A stretch of DNA of 64,000 nt from Ignavibacteria bacterium (GCA_016873735.1 VGWD01000003.1:36207-100206); one strand, 5' to 3'. Counted from the stretch's first letter, positions 19,260-29,821 are shown. Program-made: numbers and translations. Notes: generated by a model not told the origin, from the letters alone.

Positions 19260-20642
19260 TCACTTCTTGATCAATTCATTGATCCACTGGGCTATATCGG
19301 ACATGACCTCTTCCGGTATATGATCAAAGATAGCATACTCTGCAGGATGAGATTTACCTGCTCCTTCGAGAAATAAATAATTCAACAAAGGATAACTCTT
19401 TGCCTTACTATATGGAATGCCACCTTTTCCGGTAAGAGCTTTCATCCAGATAGAATAATCTTTCATATTAGCTTGAAAATCACGTCCCCCCTGTAGAATA
19501 AAAACGGGTTTTTGTGACTTCTTGATTGTCTGCACCGGGTCATAACCTCGCAAAGCTAACCAATATGAAGCGGGAGTTTCCAATAAGAGATATTTCGCAG
19601 GTGTTTCTTTCGTGAGTGTTTTTGCATTAACGGATTGATATTGTTTGCGCAAAGCTTCTATCTTTTTTTGAGCATCATTTTTCTCAATCAATGTATCAAG
19701 AGAAAGGACATATTCCAATTGCTCAATCAAGACATCAGGTAATGGTCTGGCTGGTGCTCCCATCAAAATGATGCCTTTAATATTCTTTGTTTGTTGCAAT
19801 GCTCGAGGAAGTATCATTCCACCTGTTCCGTGTCCTAAAAAGAAGATATTGGATGTATCAACTTCTCTATACATTGAAATTGCTTGAAAAGCAGCAATGG
19901 CATCCTCGGTACTTTCCAAATCGGGGGTAACTTCAAATCCCTTGTCTTTGATCGCAGAATAATATTTACGAGTTCTTTTGGGAAAACGTAAAACTCCTAT
20001 TCCTTTTGAAGCCAAACCCCAAGCTAGATCGGCATAGGGTTTATTTGCAACATAAGTACCATCTTCATCAAGCGGGCCACTGCCATGAATTATGATGACA
20101 ATCGGATATTTCCCTTGTTTAAGCGGCAAAGTTAGTATGCCGGTAGTCTCCCATTCAGTACCCTTTCCAATGAGGATATCTCGGATTTTAATCGAATCTG
20201 TTTGAATATAATCTGCGACTGTATATGCTCGCTTATCATAACGAGGTTTATATTCATCTATGTAGAAACCGTCTATGAGATGAGATCCTTTAAATGACAT
20301 ACGAATTTCCCAATTACCATTAGAGCAGCGTAATGCATGGATTACGGTTCGCAAATTGGAATCTTCAGGATCGATATCAATTCTTGTATCAAAAACTCTA
20401 TAAGGTTTACCAGCTTTTTTTTCGAATAGATTCCAAAAAATTGTAAAAGTGTCAACGGAAAACTCTCTTTTCATTTCCGGGGTGAATAAGTCATAAGCTT
20501 TAAGGAAATCCTTTTTTATGACTGAATTCAAGCACTTCTGAGATTGTGCTTTTTGCCAATCCAATAATTCTTGGTAGGGCTGAGCATCAATCGTAATCAG
20601 ACCAAGGAGTAAACTTATCACATAGAAAAGTATTGTTTTCAT
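19260..20642 (-). CDS. secreted alpha/beta-hydrolase fold protein (prolyl-oligopeptidase/dienelactone-hydrolase-like C-terminal domain)
   Basis: Signal peptide, then IIIHGSGPLDEDG (HG motif). The nucleophile-elbow position reads LGHGTGG, with Thr where Ser is expected. Confidence 0.6.
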   Translation of the reverse strand: MKTILFYVISLLLGLITIDAQPYQELLDWQKAQSQKCLNSVIKKDFLKAYDLFTPEMKREFSVDTFTIFWNLFEKKAGKPYRVFDTRIDIDPEDSNLRTVIHALRCSNGNWEIRMSFKGSHLIDGFYIDEYKPRYDKRAYTVADYIQTDSIKIRDILIGKGTEWETTGILTLPLKQGKYPIVIIIHGSGPLDEDGTYVANKPYADLAWGLASKGIGVLRFPKRTRKYYSAIKDKGFEVTPDLESTEDAIAAFQAISMYREVDTSNIFFLGHGTGGMILPRALQQTKNIKGIILMGAPARPLPDVLIEQLEYVLSLDTLIEKNDAQKKIEALRKQYQSVNAKTLTKETPAKYLLLETPASYWLALRGYDPVQTIKKSQKPVFILQGGRDFQANMKDYSIWMKALTGKGGIPYSKAKSYPLLNYLFLEGAGKSHPAEYAIFDHIPEEVMSDIAQWINELIKK

Positions 20643-20645
20643 ATC

Positions 20646-21536
20646 TCAATCATTGTCAGGTTTTGTAATGTCAAATTGCAAGATGACTGGGCAGTGATCT
20701 GATACTTTTTCAGCCACATCTTTGGGATACATCGAATGAATGTCAATCATATGTTCTGAACCAAGGGTAAATCTCATTGATGCAGCCGAGGAAGCATAAA
20801 TATGATCGATTGCATATAGATGTGGGTATTTGCAACTCTTCAAATCGCCGGTAAGGAATGTACCCAATGGAGATTCGGAAAGATTCTTAAGAGTTGGTTC
20901 TTTAGAACGTTTTGGAAAATCATTGAAATCACCAATGATGAATATGTCCTTCTCATTTTGTTTACGTAGAATTGAATCCATCCATGCAATTGCTCTTTTT
21001 GATTGTTCCATCCTCATAGTTCGTGACTCTGCTCGTAACTCATCGGTTGAATCAAATCTCGAGGTGGATTTGAAATGTACAGACATTATAATGCAATCAA
21101 AATTCCCTTTTTTTACTTGGATTACATAACCTGGTCTATTTCTTGAAGGATCGACTGCAAGTGGAAGATATTCTCCAATATTCTGAATCTGAAGCGATGA
21201 TTTATAAAGAAAACCAACATTTTGTGATTTTCCTCTTGTGCCGAGGACTCCTCCATAATCAGGTAGAAGTGCAAGAATCCTTTGAATTGCTTGGATATTC
21301 TCAATTTCTTGCAATGCTATGACATCAGCAGATGTTTCTTGAATGATATCTGCGATTCTGGCAATATCTTCATCGGAACGCTTTATTGTCTCGGGATCTT
21401 TGTCATCACCAAGCCAAGCTATATTGAACGTTGCAAGGGTGAGAACATCCTTGTTTGGATGTGTGTTGGAACAACCAAACAAAGGTTGGATGAATGTAAT
21501 GAGAAGCAAGAAACAATACACTGCCAATAAATGCAT
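20646..21536 (-). CDS. lipoprotein of the endonuclease/exonuclease/phosphatase (EEP) family
   Basis: Lipobox LFGCS; EEP motifs LTLATFNIAWLG, ADVIALQEIEN, and a C-terminal SDHCPV. The start is taken at the ATG at 21536 (MHLLAVY...), just after the upstream stop. Confidence 0.7.
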   Translation of the reverse strand: MHLLAVYCFLLLITFIQPLFGCSNTHPNKDVLTLATFNIAWLGDDKDPETIKRSDEDIARIADIIQETSADVIALQEIENIQAIQRILALLPDYGGVLGTRGKSQNVGFLYKSSLQIQNIGEYLPLAVDPSRNRPGYVIQVKKGNFDCIIMSVHFKSTSRFDSTDELRAESRTMRMEQSKRAIAWMDSILRKQNEKDIFIIGDFNDFPKRSKEPTLKNLSESPLGTFLTGDLKSCKYPHLYAIDHIYASSAASMRFTLGSEHMIDIHSMYPKDVAEKVSDHCPVILQFDITKPDND

Positions 21537-21537
21537 A

Positions 21538-22434
21538 TCACCCTTTTGTGAATATTGCTTTAAACACATATCCTGCAATTTTAGGATTTTCTTTGAGTCT
21601 TCTTGTTGAATATCCATACCAATCTTCCCCAAATGGTACATAAATCCGCATCTGATGGCCCATGCGTAGTAAGTTGTCCCTTCTTTCTTCTCTTACGCCA
21701 AGCAGCATTTGAAATTCATAATTATGCTTTGATACCGACTGTTCTGTGATCACATGCAAAGCATCATTTATAAGCACATCGTCATGAGTTGCTATTCCTG
21801 TTTTTGAAGCATGTTTCAGCAATAAACGAAGTAGTTTCTTATAATTATCACGTATATCATCCGGATCGGTAAATGCAATGTCGGGTGATTCGCGGTAGAT
21901 CCCTTTACATAATCTGATATTTGGATCCATTTCAAGCAATGATAAAATATCTGATTCACTGCGATGCAAATAAGCCTGAATCACAATGCCGCAATTGTCA
22001 AATCCGTCATGGCGAAGCCTTTTGTACATCGAAATGGTTTGAGATGTATAGGGTGAATTCTCCATATCCATGCGGACAAATGAACCTGAGCTCTTTGCAA
22101 TTTGCACCAGCGTGCGAATATTCTCATAAGCAAAATCAGGATCTATCGCCAATCCAAGCGATGTTGGTTTGATTGATAAATATGCCGGTAAAGAATGCAA
22201 GCGTATTGCTTCCAATACATCTTTTGAGCATTGAAATTCATGCAGTGAGCGATCTTTTGTTGTAACGAATTCACCAAGTACATCAATCGTTGAAGTTGCT
22301 CCAAGAAGTGAAAGAGACTGTACGGTTTTTACAGCTTCTTGTAATGTGGAGCCTGCTATGTATCGTGAAGCAACGGCCTTAACGATTGACTTTGGAATAT
22401 ATGGCAAAGAAGCGGCAATAAGTGTTTGCAACAT
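21538..22434 (-). CDS. proline dehydrogenase (monofunctional PutA-like)
   Basis: Proline-dehydrogenase-family TIM-barrel hallmarks (IAASLPYIPKSIVKAVASRYIAGSTLQEAV...DVLGEF...RMDMENS...GIVIQAYL). The start is taken at MLQTLI (ATG at 22434). Confidence 0.75.
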   Translation of the reverse strand: MLQTLIAASLPYIPKSIVKAVASRYIAGSTLQEAVKTVQSLSLLGATSTIDVLGEFVTTKDRSLHEFQCSKDVLEAIRLHSLPAYLSIKPTSLGLAIDPDFAYENIRTLVQIAKSSGSFVRMDMENSPYTSQTISMYKRLRHDGFDNCGIVIQAYLHRSESDILSLLEMDPNIRLCKGIYRESPDIAFTDPDDIRDNYKKLLRLLLKHASKTGIATHDDVLINDALHVITEQSVSKHNYEFQMLLGVREERRDNLLRMGHQMRIYVPFGEDWYGYSTRRLKENPKIAGYVFKAIFTKG

Positions 22435-22454
22435 GGTGATGTTCTGCAGTGATA

Positions 22455-24962
22455 TTATCGAGTAATGGTGAAAGGTGCCGAAAACGAAATTGATCCGCAC
22501 ATTACATGAATGAAATATGGTCCATTTGGCAAATCTCTGATTGATAATTCAATCGATTGCTGTGTTATTCTTATGGGGGTTAATGTTTCAATGACTGTTC
22601 TTCCTTTTCCATCTGTGATCATGACAAATGATGCATCGCAAATCATCGGAATATTGTGAACATTGATGATATCTTTCGCTGGATTAGGGAAAATAGAAAG
22701 TGCAGTCTCTTCAGTGATTCCTGCAACTTTTGCACAGGATCCCTGTGATGTGATGGCAATTGTTACAGGTGCAGATGCGATTGATGTGTCGAGTCTATAG
22801 CTAGCTCTGAATTGATAGAGCCCTTCAGTCATTGCCGGGACATTCCATACATAATTCCCGGGTACCGCATCATGACCTAGCGTCGATATTCTTTTCCAAG
22901 TGGTTTGCCCAAGAGTTCGGTATTCTAAAAAGACCTTGCTATTGTCCATGAATTGAGAGTTCCATAGGACTGAATCGGGTTGGCCAATACAAAGCGTGTC
23001 ATTATTGACGGGGCTTGTCAAAGCTATGGTCTCTTTTCCAATTTCAAATGGCCCTGTTTGACTCATTAATTTCCGACTTATGTCTAATACTCTAAACAAG
23101 CAATTCTTAGATTCAACATAGGGTATGTCAACTGTCATGGAAGAGGAAGAAATTGAATCAGTGATTAATGACCAAGTAGAACCATTATTGGAAGAAAATT
23201 CAATGTCAACTCTTTCTATGAATTCTTTGGTCCATGATAGATTTAATCGTTCTTTTTGACCAAATTTCTTTGAGCGTAAATCAGTTGTCAATACCAAACT
23301 TGCTTTGGCTATTGTAAAATCTGCCCATGAAGTATCTTTGATCTGACTATTATTTGCATCGACCACACGTATTCTTCCTTTTGTAGTTGGATTATCGGGT
23401 ATGGTCCATTTAAATATGCCGGTTCCATTAGCTTCAGTAACAGCCGGTCTCGATACAAATATTGCTCTCCAAGAAATTCCGCCATCTGTACTGAACTCGA
23501 TATTGATATTATTCACTCTGTGGGATGTCCATTCAATGTCGGTTTGATTTCCAACAATGAATGCTTGCTGACCCCACGGATAAATCATGCGAATGGATGG
23601 TTGAGTGGCAGCTTCGATACATGGACGGGTTTCAAGATAATTACGTAAATAGGTTGAGACACGTGGCAAAAATGTAAATGCGACGGAACGCGATGGATTA
23701 GTCAAGTGACAATAGCTCATGATTGAGCCGGGATTAGGTAGAGGTGTACTTTTATAGCATGCTTCGACTGAATAGTTTCCACGCCCTCTGAATGCGGAAC
23801 CGCTTGTCATGCATGAATCTAAACCTCTTGGAGGCCAAAAAGTACAATTATGTGTGTGATAAGACCCGATATTATGTCCGAGTTCATGTGCTATGGTTAC
23901 AATATCACCTACATAATCATTTATCTTGGACAATCCGTTTTTGAAAATGCCCGCAACTGAATATGCATTTGAAACACTACCCGAGCATACATTCCCAATG
24001 CCATTTGCAATGCCCAAAACAAAAAGACCACCTGTTGTTGGAACTGCATCCAAACAATGTACTATATCCCTTTTTATGGTTGTTAATTTGCTCCAACGAT
24101 TTTCAACTTCATCCAGAAGTGCCGGTGCATTTCCATCATTGGTGTATGGGTCAGGGGTAGTAGCTGTCCAAATTTGAAGTCTTGGAATCACGATTGCGAT
24201 GTTCAATTCCTTTCTATACAATGAATTGACGCCATTCATGAGTCCAATCATAAATTCAGCGGTTCTAATTGAGTCTTTTCTGCCGGGACCATTAAAGAAA
24301 GGAGTAGTGCCTTCTACGATAACCTGCAATTCAAGCAAGTTATTGCCAAATATTTTATCGGACTTTGGCAAATAAGCATATAAGTCCTCGGGGGTTGGAA
24401 TGGTAATAGCTGACTCATCAGTCATGCACGTACCACCGGACTTTCTCAATTCACCCTGAATCTGCTGATCATATAACATATGGTGGGAAGAATTGTCGAT
24501 TTCTTCCATTGGGGCTATATGTACCCGAGTTCCATTGGCTCTCTCTACCCACCCGCTCAACTCTCCATGTGCATGAGTCAAAAGAATGGTAGAACCAGGT
24601 TCATTCTTGACATGACCGGTAAATGTTCTAACCTGTGGAATCGGAAAGCGCTCATTGCCAATATATAATTCAGTGGAACCATCAACGATAGAAGGTACCA
24701 GTTGTAACTCAATTGTACCTGTTTCAGAAAGTGATATGGGAAAATTATCAATACGAATTTCTGAACCTGATTCAACAAATGCGATTGAGGTCCAAACCTG
24801 CTCCAAGATCATATGTCTTGCATGAACGCGATATTCTTCCGGAAGCGTGTGGGAGGATTGAAATGTTATTCCCAAACCTGCATCAATAGTTTTGGATGAT
24901 GCATCTGTGAACATTGACAAAACACAGAGAATTGTCACAATTCCGGACTTCATATATTGCAT
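22455..24962 (-). CDS. secreted metzincin-type zinc metalloprotease (reprolysin/M12B-M43-like) with Ig/FN3-like repeats and T9SS C-terminal domain, paralog A
   Basis: HELGHNIGSYH (HExxHxxGxxH) followed by a Met-turn-like SIMSYC. The C-terminal FPNPAKD...GPYFIHV is a T9SS tail. The start may be 24962 (MQYMKSG) or 24953 (MKSG). Confidence 0.75.
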   Translation of the reverse strand: MQYMKSGIVTILCVLSMFTDASSKTIDAGLGITFQSSHTLPEEYRVHARHMILEQVWTSIAFVESGSEIRIDNFPISLSETGTIELQLVPSIVDGSTELYIGNERFPIPQVRTFTGHVKNEPGSTILLTHAHGELSGWVERANGTRVHIAPMEEIDNSSHHMLYDQQIQGELRKSGGTCMTDESAITIPTPEDLYAYLPKSDKIFGNNLLELQVIVEGTTPFFNGPGRKDSIRTAEFMIGLMNGVNSLYRKELNIAIVIPRLQIWTATTPDPYTNDGNAPALLDEVENRWSKLTTIKRDIVHCLDAVPTTGGLFVLGIANGIGNVCSGSVSNAYSVAGIFKNGLSKINDYVGDIVTIAHELGHNIGSYHTHNCTFWPPRGLDSCMTSGSAFRGRGNYSVEACYKSTPLPNPGSIMSYCHLTNPSRSVAFTFLPRVSTYLRNYLETRPCIEAATQPSIRMIYPWGQQAFIVGNQTDIEWTSHRVNNINIEFSTDGGISWRAIFVSRPAVTEANGTGIFKWTIPDNPTTKGRIRVVDANNSQIKDTSWADFTIAKASLVLTTDLRSKKFGQKERLNLSWTKEFIERVDIEFSSNNGSTWSLITDSISSSSMTVDIPYVESKNCLFRVLDISRKLMSQTGPFEIGKETIALTSPVNNDTLCIGQPDSVLWNSQFMDNSKVFLEYRTLGQTTWKRISTLGHDAVPGNYVWNVPAMTEGLYQFRASYRLDTSIASAPVTIAITSQGSCAKVAGITEETALSIFPNPAKDIINVHNIPMICDASFVMITDGKGRTVIETLTPIRITQQSIELSIRDLPNGPYFIHVMCGSISFSAPFTITR

Positions 24963-24963
24963 A

Positions 24964-27504
24964 TTATCTCTCAATCGTAACAGGAATGCTTGTGGATTTA
25001 CCATTGCAGCGCAAGGTTAAGAAATATTTGCCCGAAGCAATTATTGGAACCTGAAGAGACAAAGAATGAGAACCTTCAGTGAATGAATATTCTCTTCCAA
25101 ACTCATGAACGACTGATCCTGTCAAATTTGTAAGTGTTAATTGCGCATTCAAGCATTGATGTATTGCATTGATTGTAATAGTACACGTATTTCCGGTGAT
25201 TGGATTTGGTGCAATCATCAATATTGGCAAATCTGGTACTTCATCAATTGAGGTGGCAATACATCCGGCTTCATTTGACAATTGGATTGGATTAGATACA
25301 CTGAATATTGTGGAATCAACTCTGCTTACGACTCTTATTCGTAATGAATCGGTTTGCAAAGAAGGTGGATTAAATCCAATCACACTCACCCATGGATCTA
25401 TTCCTGATGCAGTGGAGATATTTTGCCATGCAGAATTTCCATTAGCATATTGAACAAGCAATTTGCTATTGGCTATATTTTTATAAGTCCAGGCAATAAC
25501 GAATCGTTTGTTTGCGCATAATTTTTCGCCACCTTTGGGATTCAGTAATGTGATTTCTTCTTTACCAATTGAAAAAGGACCGGTTTGTGAAATGAGAGAC
25601 ATATCGGTAGCATCTGCTATTCTTACCCAACATTGTTGTGCACTGATATCAGGCATTTGAAAATTGAATACGGTACCGGTCGGGCGAGATATTGTTTCCC
25701 ATGTTGAACCATTATTGGAAGAAAACATGAACAATACCGTGTCTACATTGGTCTTAGTCCATTGGAATTGTAATGATTCTCTTTGTCCAAATGCTTTACC
25801 ATCCATATTTGTTGACAGTGACAGCGAAGGTTGAACAATTCTGAAATTAGCCCATGAAGTATCATTGATTGCTGCATTGGCCATGTCTGCAATTCGAAAT
25901 CTTCCGGAGTTTGTTGAAACACGTGGCACTGACCACATATACATTCCCTGACCATTGATTGTATTGGTTGATACAGCCGGGATACCGGAAGTGATATTAG
26001 ACCAAGAACCTCCCCCATCAGTTGAAAATTGAATGTTGACACTATTGACTCTTGTTGAAGTCCATTCGATGGGAATACTTTTTCCTGATATAAAGGTTTG
26101 ATTTCCCCATGGACCAATAACTCTGATTTGCGGTTCCTGTGCTTCTGTGATGCATTTGCTGTTTTCCAATCGATTTCTTAAGAATGTATATACCCTTGGA
26201 AGAAAAGTGAAAGGAACGGATTTCGATGTATTCGTTAAATCACAATAACTCATGATTGATCCGGGGACAGGTTTTGGTGCTCCCGTATTACATGTTTCAG
26301 AAGAGTATGCTATGTTGTTTTGATAAGCAGCTCCACTAGAAAGGCATGAATCAACAGCGGGTTTCCACTGATCACAATTATGTGTGTGAAAGGAACCCAT
26401 ATTATGCCCAAGTTCATGAGCCATAGTAGAAACATCTTTCATATAAGTTGTCACTGGTAAATTCGCAAAGGAAGATATGCCTGTGACAGAATAAGCATTG
26501 GATATTGCAGAATTACACAAGGCGCCGATACCATTTGCTATACCTGCCACGATTCCGGCTCCGGCGGATGAACTACCCATCGCATCCAAACAGTGGACAA
26601 TATCACGTGTTCTGTTTGTTATTTTGCCCCATCTGGTTTGCACTTCTTGAAGCAGTGCTGGGGTGTCACCACCATCTTTGGTATAGGGATCAGGGGTATC
26701 TTCTGTCCAAATTTGTATATATGGAATTACGATATTCAGATTCAATTCTCTTCTATAAAGAGCATTAGTAGCATTGGTCATGGCAATGAGTAGATTCATG
26801 GCCCTTGTTTCATTTCTGGATGCAACCTTTGTGAAATAGGAAGTTGTCGTTTCCATGATCACTTGCATTTCCAATAAACGATTGTCAAGTTTTCTTTCTC
26901 CCTTTGCTAGCGATGCTTCAACTTCCCATGTTTTGATGCCTGTATGAGATAACTCATTGGTTCCGCAAAGCTTTGCCGGTATTTGTAATTGTGCGGACAA
27001 AGCGGATTCATTATAAAGCATATGATCCTTCTTTGTATAAGAATCAGTCGTTTCCGGAAGGAATGTAATGTTAGACCCAGTGGATGAAGCAACCCAACCA
27101 TAGAGTTCGCCAAAGGCATATGTCATAAATACTCTGGAGCCCTCATCACCTTGTACAAATCCCTCATAGCTTATGATATGTGGGATAGGAACTTGTTTAT
27201 TTCCAACCATAATGACTGTTTTTGCATCAATAGATGATGGTACAACCTTCAATTGAATTGTCTTCTTGGCATCAAGTGAAACAGGGAAATTATTCAAAGT
27301 AAGTGACTGAGCATATGAGCCGAAAACTTTTTCAGCTGAAGTTGCATCAATCGTAAATGTTTGTGCAGACTTCTTTAACAATGCAGGTAACTTATTTGTC
27401 ATGTGAGCAGAAATGAATGAGTCAGCATTAAAGGTCTGAGAATCCAAACCAGTAATGTGCAGGAATAACATCATTCCGCAAAATAGAGCAAATGTGGTTT
27501 TCAT
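24964..27504 (-). CDS. secreted metzincin-type zinc metalloprotease with T9SS C-terminal domain, paralog B
   Basis: HELGHNMGSFH and SIMSYC. It is colinear with paralog A along its whole length (DIVHCLDA, IANGIG, PGSIMSYC, FTFLPRV shared). The start is taken at MKTTFALFCGMMLF (ATG at 27504). Confidence 0.75.
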   Translation of the reverse strand: MKTTFALFCGMMLFLHITGLDSQTFNADSFISAHMTNKLPALLKKSAQTFTIDATSAEKVFGSYAQSLTLNNFPVSLDAKKTIQLKVVPSSIDAKTVIMVGNKQVPIPHIISYEGFVQGDEGSRVFMTYAFGELYGWVASSTGSNITFLPETTDSYTKKDHMLYNESALSAQLQIPAKLCGTNELSHTGIKTWEVEASLAKGERKLDNRLLEMQVIMETTTSYFTKVASRNETRAMNLLIAMTNATNALYRRELNLNIVIPYIQIWTEDTPDPYTKDGGDTPALLQEVQTRWGKITNRTRDIVHCLDAMGSSSAGAGIVAGIANGIGALCNSAISNAYSVTGISSFANLPVTTYMKDVSTMAHELGHNMGSFHTHNCDQWKPAVDSCLSSGAAYQNNIAYSSETCNTGAPKPVPGSIMSYCDLTNTSKSVPFTFLPRVYTFLRNRLENSKCITEAQEPQIRVIGPWGNQTFISGKSIPIEWTSTRVNSVNIQFSTDGGGSWSNITSGIPAVSTNTINGQGMYMWSVPRVSTNSGRFRIADMANAAINDTSWANFRIVQPSLSLSTNMDGKAFGQRESLQFQWTKTNVDTVLFMFSSNNGSTWETISRPTGTVFNFQMPDISAQQCWVRIADATDMSLISQTGPFSIGKEEITLLNPKGGEKLCANKRFVIAWTYKNIANSKLLVQYANGNSAWQNISTASGIDPWVSVIGFNPPSLQTDSLRIRVVSRVDSTIFSVSNPIQLSNEAGCIATSIDEVPDLPILMIAPNPITGNTCTITINAIHQCLNAQLTLTNLTGSVVHEFGREYSFTEGSHSLSLQVPIIASGKYFLTLRCNGKSTSIPVTIER

Positions 27505-27558
27505 ATATCCATCCTTCAATTGAATAAAATCATAGGAAAGAATGTCAATCATTGTTGG

Positions 27559-27592
27559 CAAAAATACGGAAAAATAGCTCGTTAATTGGCAA
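27559..27592 (-). promoter_or_regulatory. candidate Bacteroidota-type sigma-A promoter for metzincin paralog B (TTG ... TATTTTTG)
   Basis: On the minus strand, TTGCCAATTAACGAGCTATTTTTCCGTATTTTTG matches the -33 TTG and -7 TAnnTTTG consensus, about 50 nt upstream of the ATG. The 23-nt spacer is longer than the usual 19-21. Confidence 0.25.
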
Positions 27593-27639
27593 GATAATGG
27601 GCAAATTGTAACGAAATTTCCCGAAAATTGACTTAGAAA

Positions 27640-29715
27640 TCATACAAATGGAACATCCTCTGTCTTCTTGATGGCGATGATTGTGATATCGTCTCGAATC
27701 ACATCATTTGGCAGTGCAGATACACTTTTAGATACAGCCTCTATGATTTGTTCAGGTTCCGGATCATGCATTTTAAAAAACTGCTCTGAATCTTGTTGTA
27801 TATCCAACATTTCCGTTAAGCCATCAGTAAACAAAAAACACAAATCCCCAGTTGAAAGTTGCAAGTGAAGTTCCTCCAAATGATCGGAAAAAACGTCAAT
27901 ATCTTTGGTAAGTCCGATTCCTATGCCTCGCGGCTTATATTCAGTTAATTCTCCACCTTTTAAATGAATCAACGGCATATGCCCTGCCCTTGCAAATTGT
28001 ATAGTACCCTTGGATTCTTCAATAATAAGACAGGATACAGTAATGAACATGTGAGATTCGAGAATTGAAGATAGATTTAGTTGTATTTCTGTAAGTATTT
28101 CTTTTGCTCCAAAATTTGCTGATTGAAAAGAGAGAATTGTACCTCGTAGTGTGGCCATCAAAAAGGCAGCCGGAATACCTTTACCGGACACATCGGCTAT
28201 GATAATACATGTATTTCCATTTGCCAAACGGAATACATCATAGAAGTCACCACCAACTTCTTTTGCTGATAATGAAAAGCATTTGATTGCATAACCGGTT
28301 GGTTGAATGATTGTTTGTGGTAATAGTGATTGATGCACGCTTTTGGCAATCATCATCTCGTTTTCCAAACGATCATGTTCTTTTGAAATGGATATCAATG
28401 CCATATGTTCAGTTGCAATATTGATGCTCTCACAGAAAGCACGTAATATTGCTTCATCTTCTGGTGTAAAATGATACGATTGAGTATCAGATAAGACTAT
28501 CTCACCGAATACTATTCCGTTTTTCTTCAAAGGTATTGCCAATATGGATTGAGAAAAAAACAGTGATTGAGGATTTGCAGGTATCGGTAATTCGTATAGA
28601 GTTTCAGGTTCATTTAGTCTTGAAATCCAATCAGAAATGAATGTGTTATTCAAGAGCAAAGACAATTCAGTACCCAATCGACCCGAAAAACGAATATGAT
28701 CTTCATTAAACGCATGTATTCTACAATATATCCCTTCAAGTTGAATTGATTTCGGCAGTAATTCCATGGTATCAGAGATAATCGCATCTATTCCTTCAGA
28801 ATGAATAGCATTTGATGTTAATTGAGCAAGTGTTGAGAACTCCAGTGATTTCCTGTCCAGTAATCCTGCGGTTGGTAATGAATACAATGACAATATTGCA
28901 AGCCTTGATGCATTGACAAACAGCCAGATGCCAATAGTTGCAATCAGAGGTTCAATGTAGTATGTTGTGATGTTCAATGCTTGCATTGTTCTCCCTTCAT
29001 AATCAATCGCAATCAATATCGTGGAGATTGAAATGATCATCATTGACCAGGCCAAATCGATTTTTTGATCACGCGAAATTCCTTCGAACCATGAAAGACC
29101 CCGAGTATTATAAATTGCCAAGAATGCAGTGCAAGCGCTCAAGAAATGTGCAAGGATCGATGAGCCATCGGGAATGATGATTTGTAATATCACCATGATT
29201 CCTCCCATAACATACATACACAATGTCAATCGTTTGATCTGAATATGCGGTCTTTGTTTCATCAACCTGATGAGTATGGAAAGAGCAAAACCTGAACAGA
29301 GTAAGATATAGCCAGCATATAAGAGAACCATTGCCAAAGTGAATATATTACCATACACTGTTGACACATTGTTAAATACTCCAAGAAGATTTAATAATCC
29401 AGCCATGGAAAGAATACTTGCCAGGGTCTTGGCATCTTCTATTATAGATTTACTGTCTTTGATGTATGCATTTGTAGAAAACCAATCCCTTTCTTTTTGA
29501 TAGAATCCAATAAGCAAAACCACCCACGCCATATGCATCGCAAATCCGGTTTCAGGATACCATGTATCAAAAACAAAAAAAGCAATCAATGAAATGATGA
29601 ATGCTGTTATGAATATGTATCCGGAAATGCTGAAACACAACGAGTATGGTATAGAACGGATAAATCGGAGTAATTTAGCCATCATGTCTGAATGGTGCCT
29701 TTTGAAGATCATCAT
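27640..29715 (-). CDS. membrane sensor serine phosphatase: N-terminal multi-TM (7TM-like) domain, GAF domain, PP2C/SpoIIE phosphatase domain
   Basis: About 300 aa of TM helices, a GAF-like middle region, and a C-terminal PP2C domain with GGDFYDVF and IIIADVSGKGIPAA motifs. An alternative start is at 29685 (MMAKLL). Confidence 0.75.
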   Translation of the reverse strand: MMIFKRHHSDMMAKLLRFIRSIPYSLCFSISGYIFITAFIISLIAFFVFDTWYPETGFAMHMAWVVLLIGFYQKERDWFSTNAYIKDSKSIIEDAKTLASILSMAGLLNLLGVFNNVSTVYGNIFTLAMVLLYAGYILLCSGFALSILIRLMKQRPHIQIKRLTLCMYVMGGIMVILQIIIPDGSSILAHFLSACTAFLAIYNTRGLSWFEGISRDQKIDLAWSMMIISISTILIAIDYEGRTMQALNITTYYIEPLIATIGIWLFVNASRLAILSLYSLPTAGLLDRKSLEFSTLAQLTSNAIHSEGIDAIISDTMELLPKSIQLEGIYCRIHAFNEDHIRFSGRLGTELSLLLNNTFISDWISRLNEPETLYELPIPANPQSLFFSQSILAIPLKKNGIVFGEIVLSDTQSYHFTPEDEAILRAFCESINIATEHMALISISKEHDRLENEMMIAKSVHQSLLPQTIIQPTGYAIKCFSLSAKEVGGDFYDVFRLANGNTCIIIADVSGKGIPAAFLMATLRGTILSFQSANFGAKEILTEIQLNLSSILESHMFITVSCLIIEESKGTIQFARAGHMPLIHLKGGELTEYKPRGIGIGLTKDIDVFSDHLEELHLQLSTGDLCFLFTDGLTEMLDIQQDSEQFFKMHDPEPEQIIEAVSKSVSALPNDVIRDDITIIAIKKTEDVPFV

Positions 29716-29813
29716 ATTATAACAAAACTACAACGCTCTCACATAATTCGAAGTTACAAACAAAAGAAATCGATCTTATATGAACCGAAACAGAATAATG
29801 TGCTCAATTTTTG

Positions 29814-29821
29814 TAAATTTG
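29814..29821 (+). promoter_or_regulatory. candidate -7 box TAAATTTG (Bacteroidota TAnnTTTG consensus) upstream of Wzz gene
   Basis: Exact 8-mer match, 30 nt upstream of ATG 29852. No convincing -33 TTG at the expected spacing. Confidence 0.2.

Noticed and set aside
19262-19282. Short hairpin (GATCAA-ttca-TTGATC) immediately after tRNA-Thr as a terminator
   Set aside because: It lies inside the C-terminal coding region of the convergent hydrolase gene and lacks a U-tract. It is probably coincidental palindromic TTGATCAA sequence.
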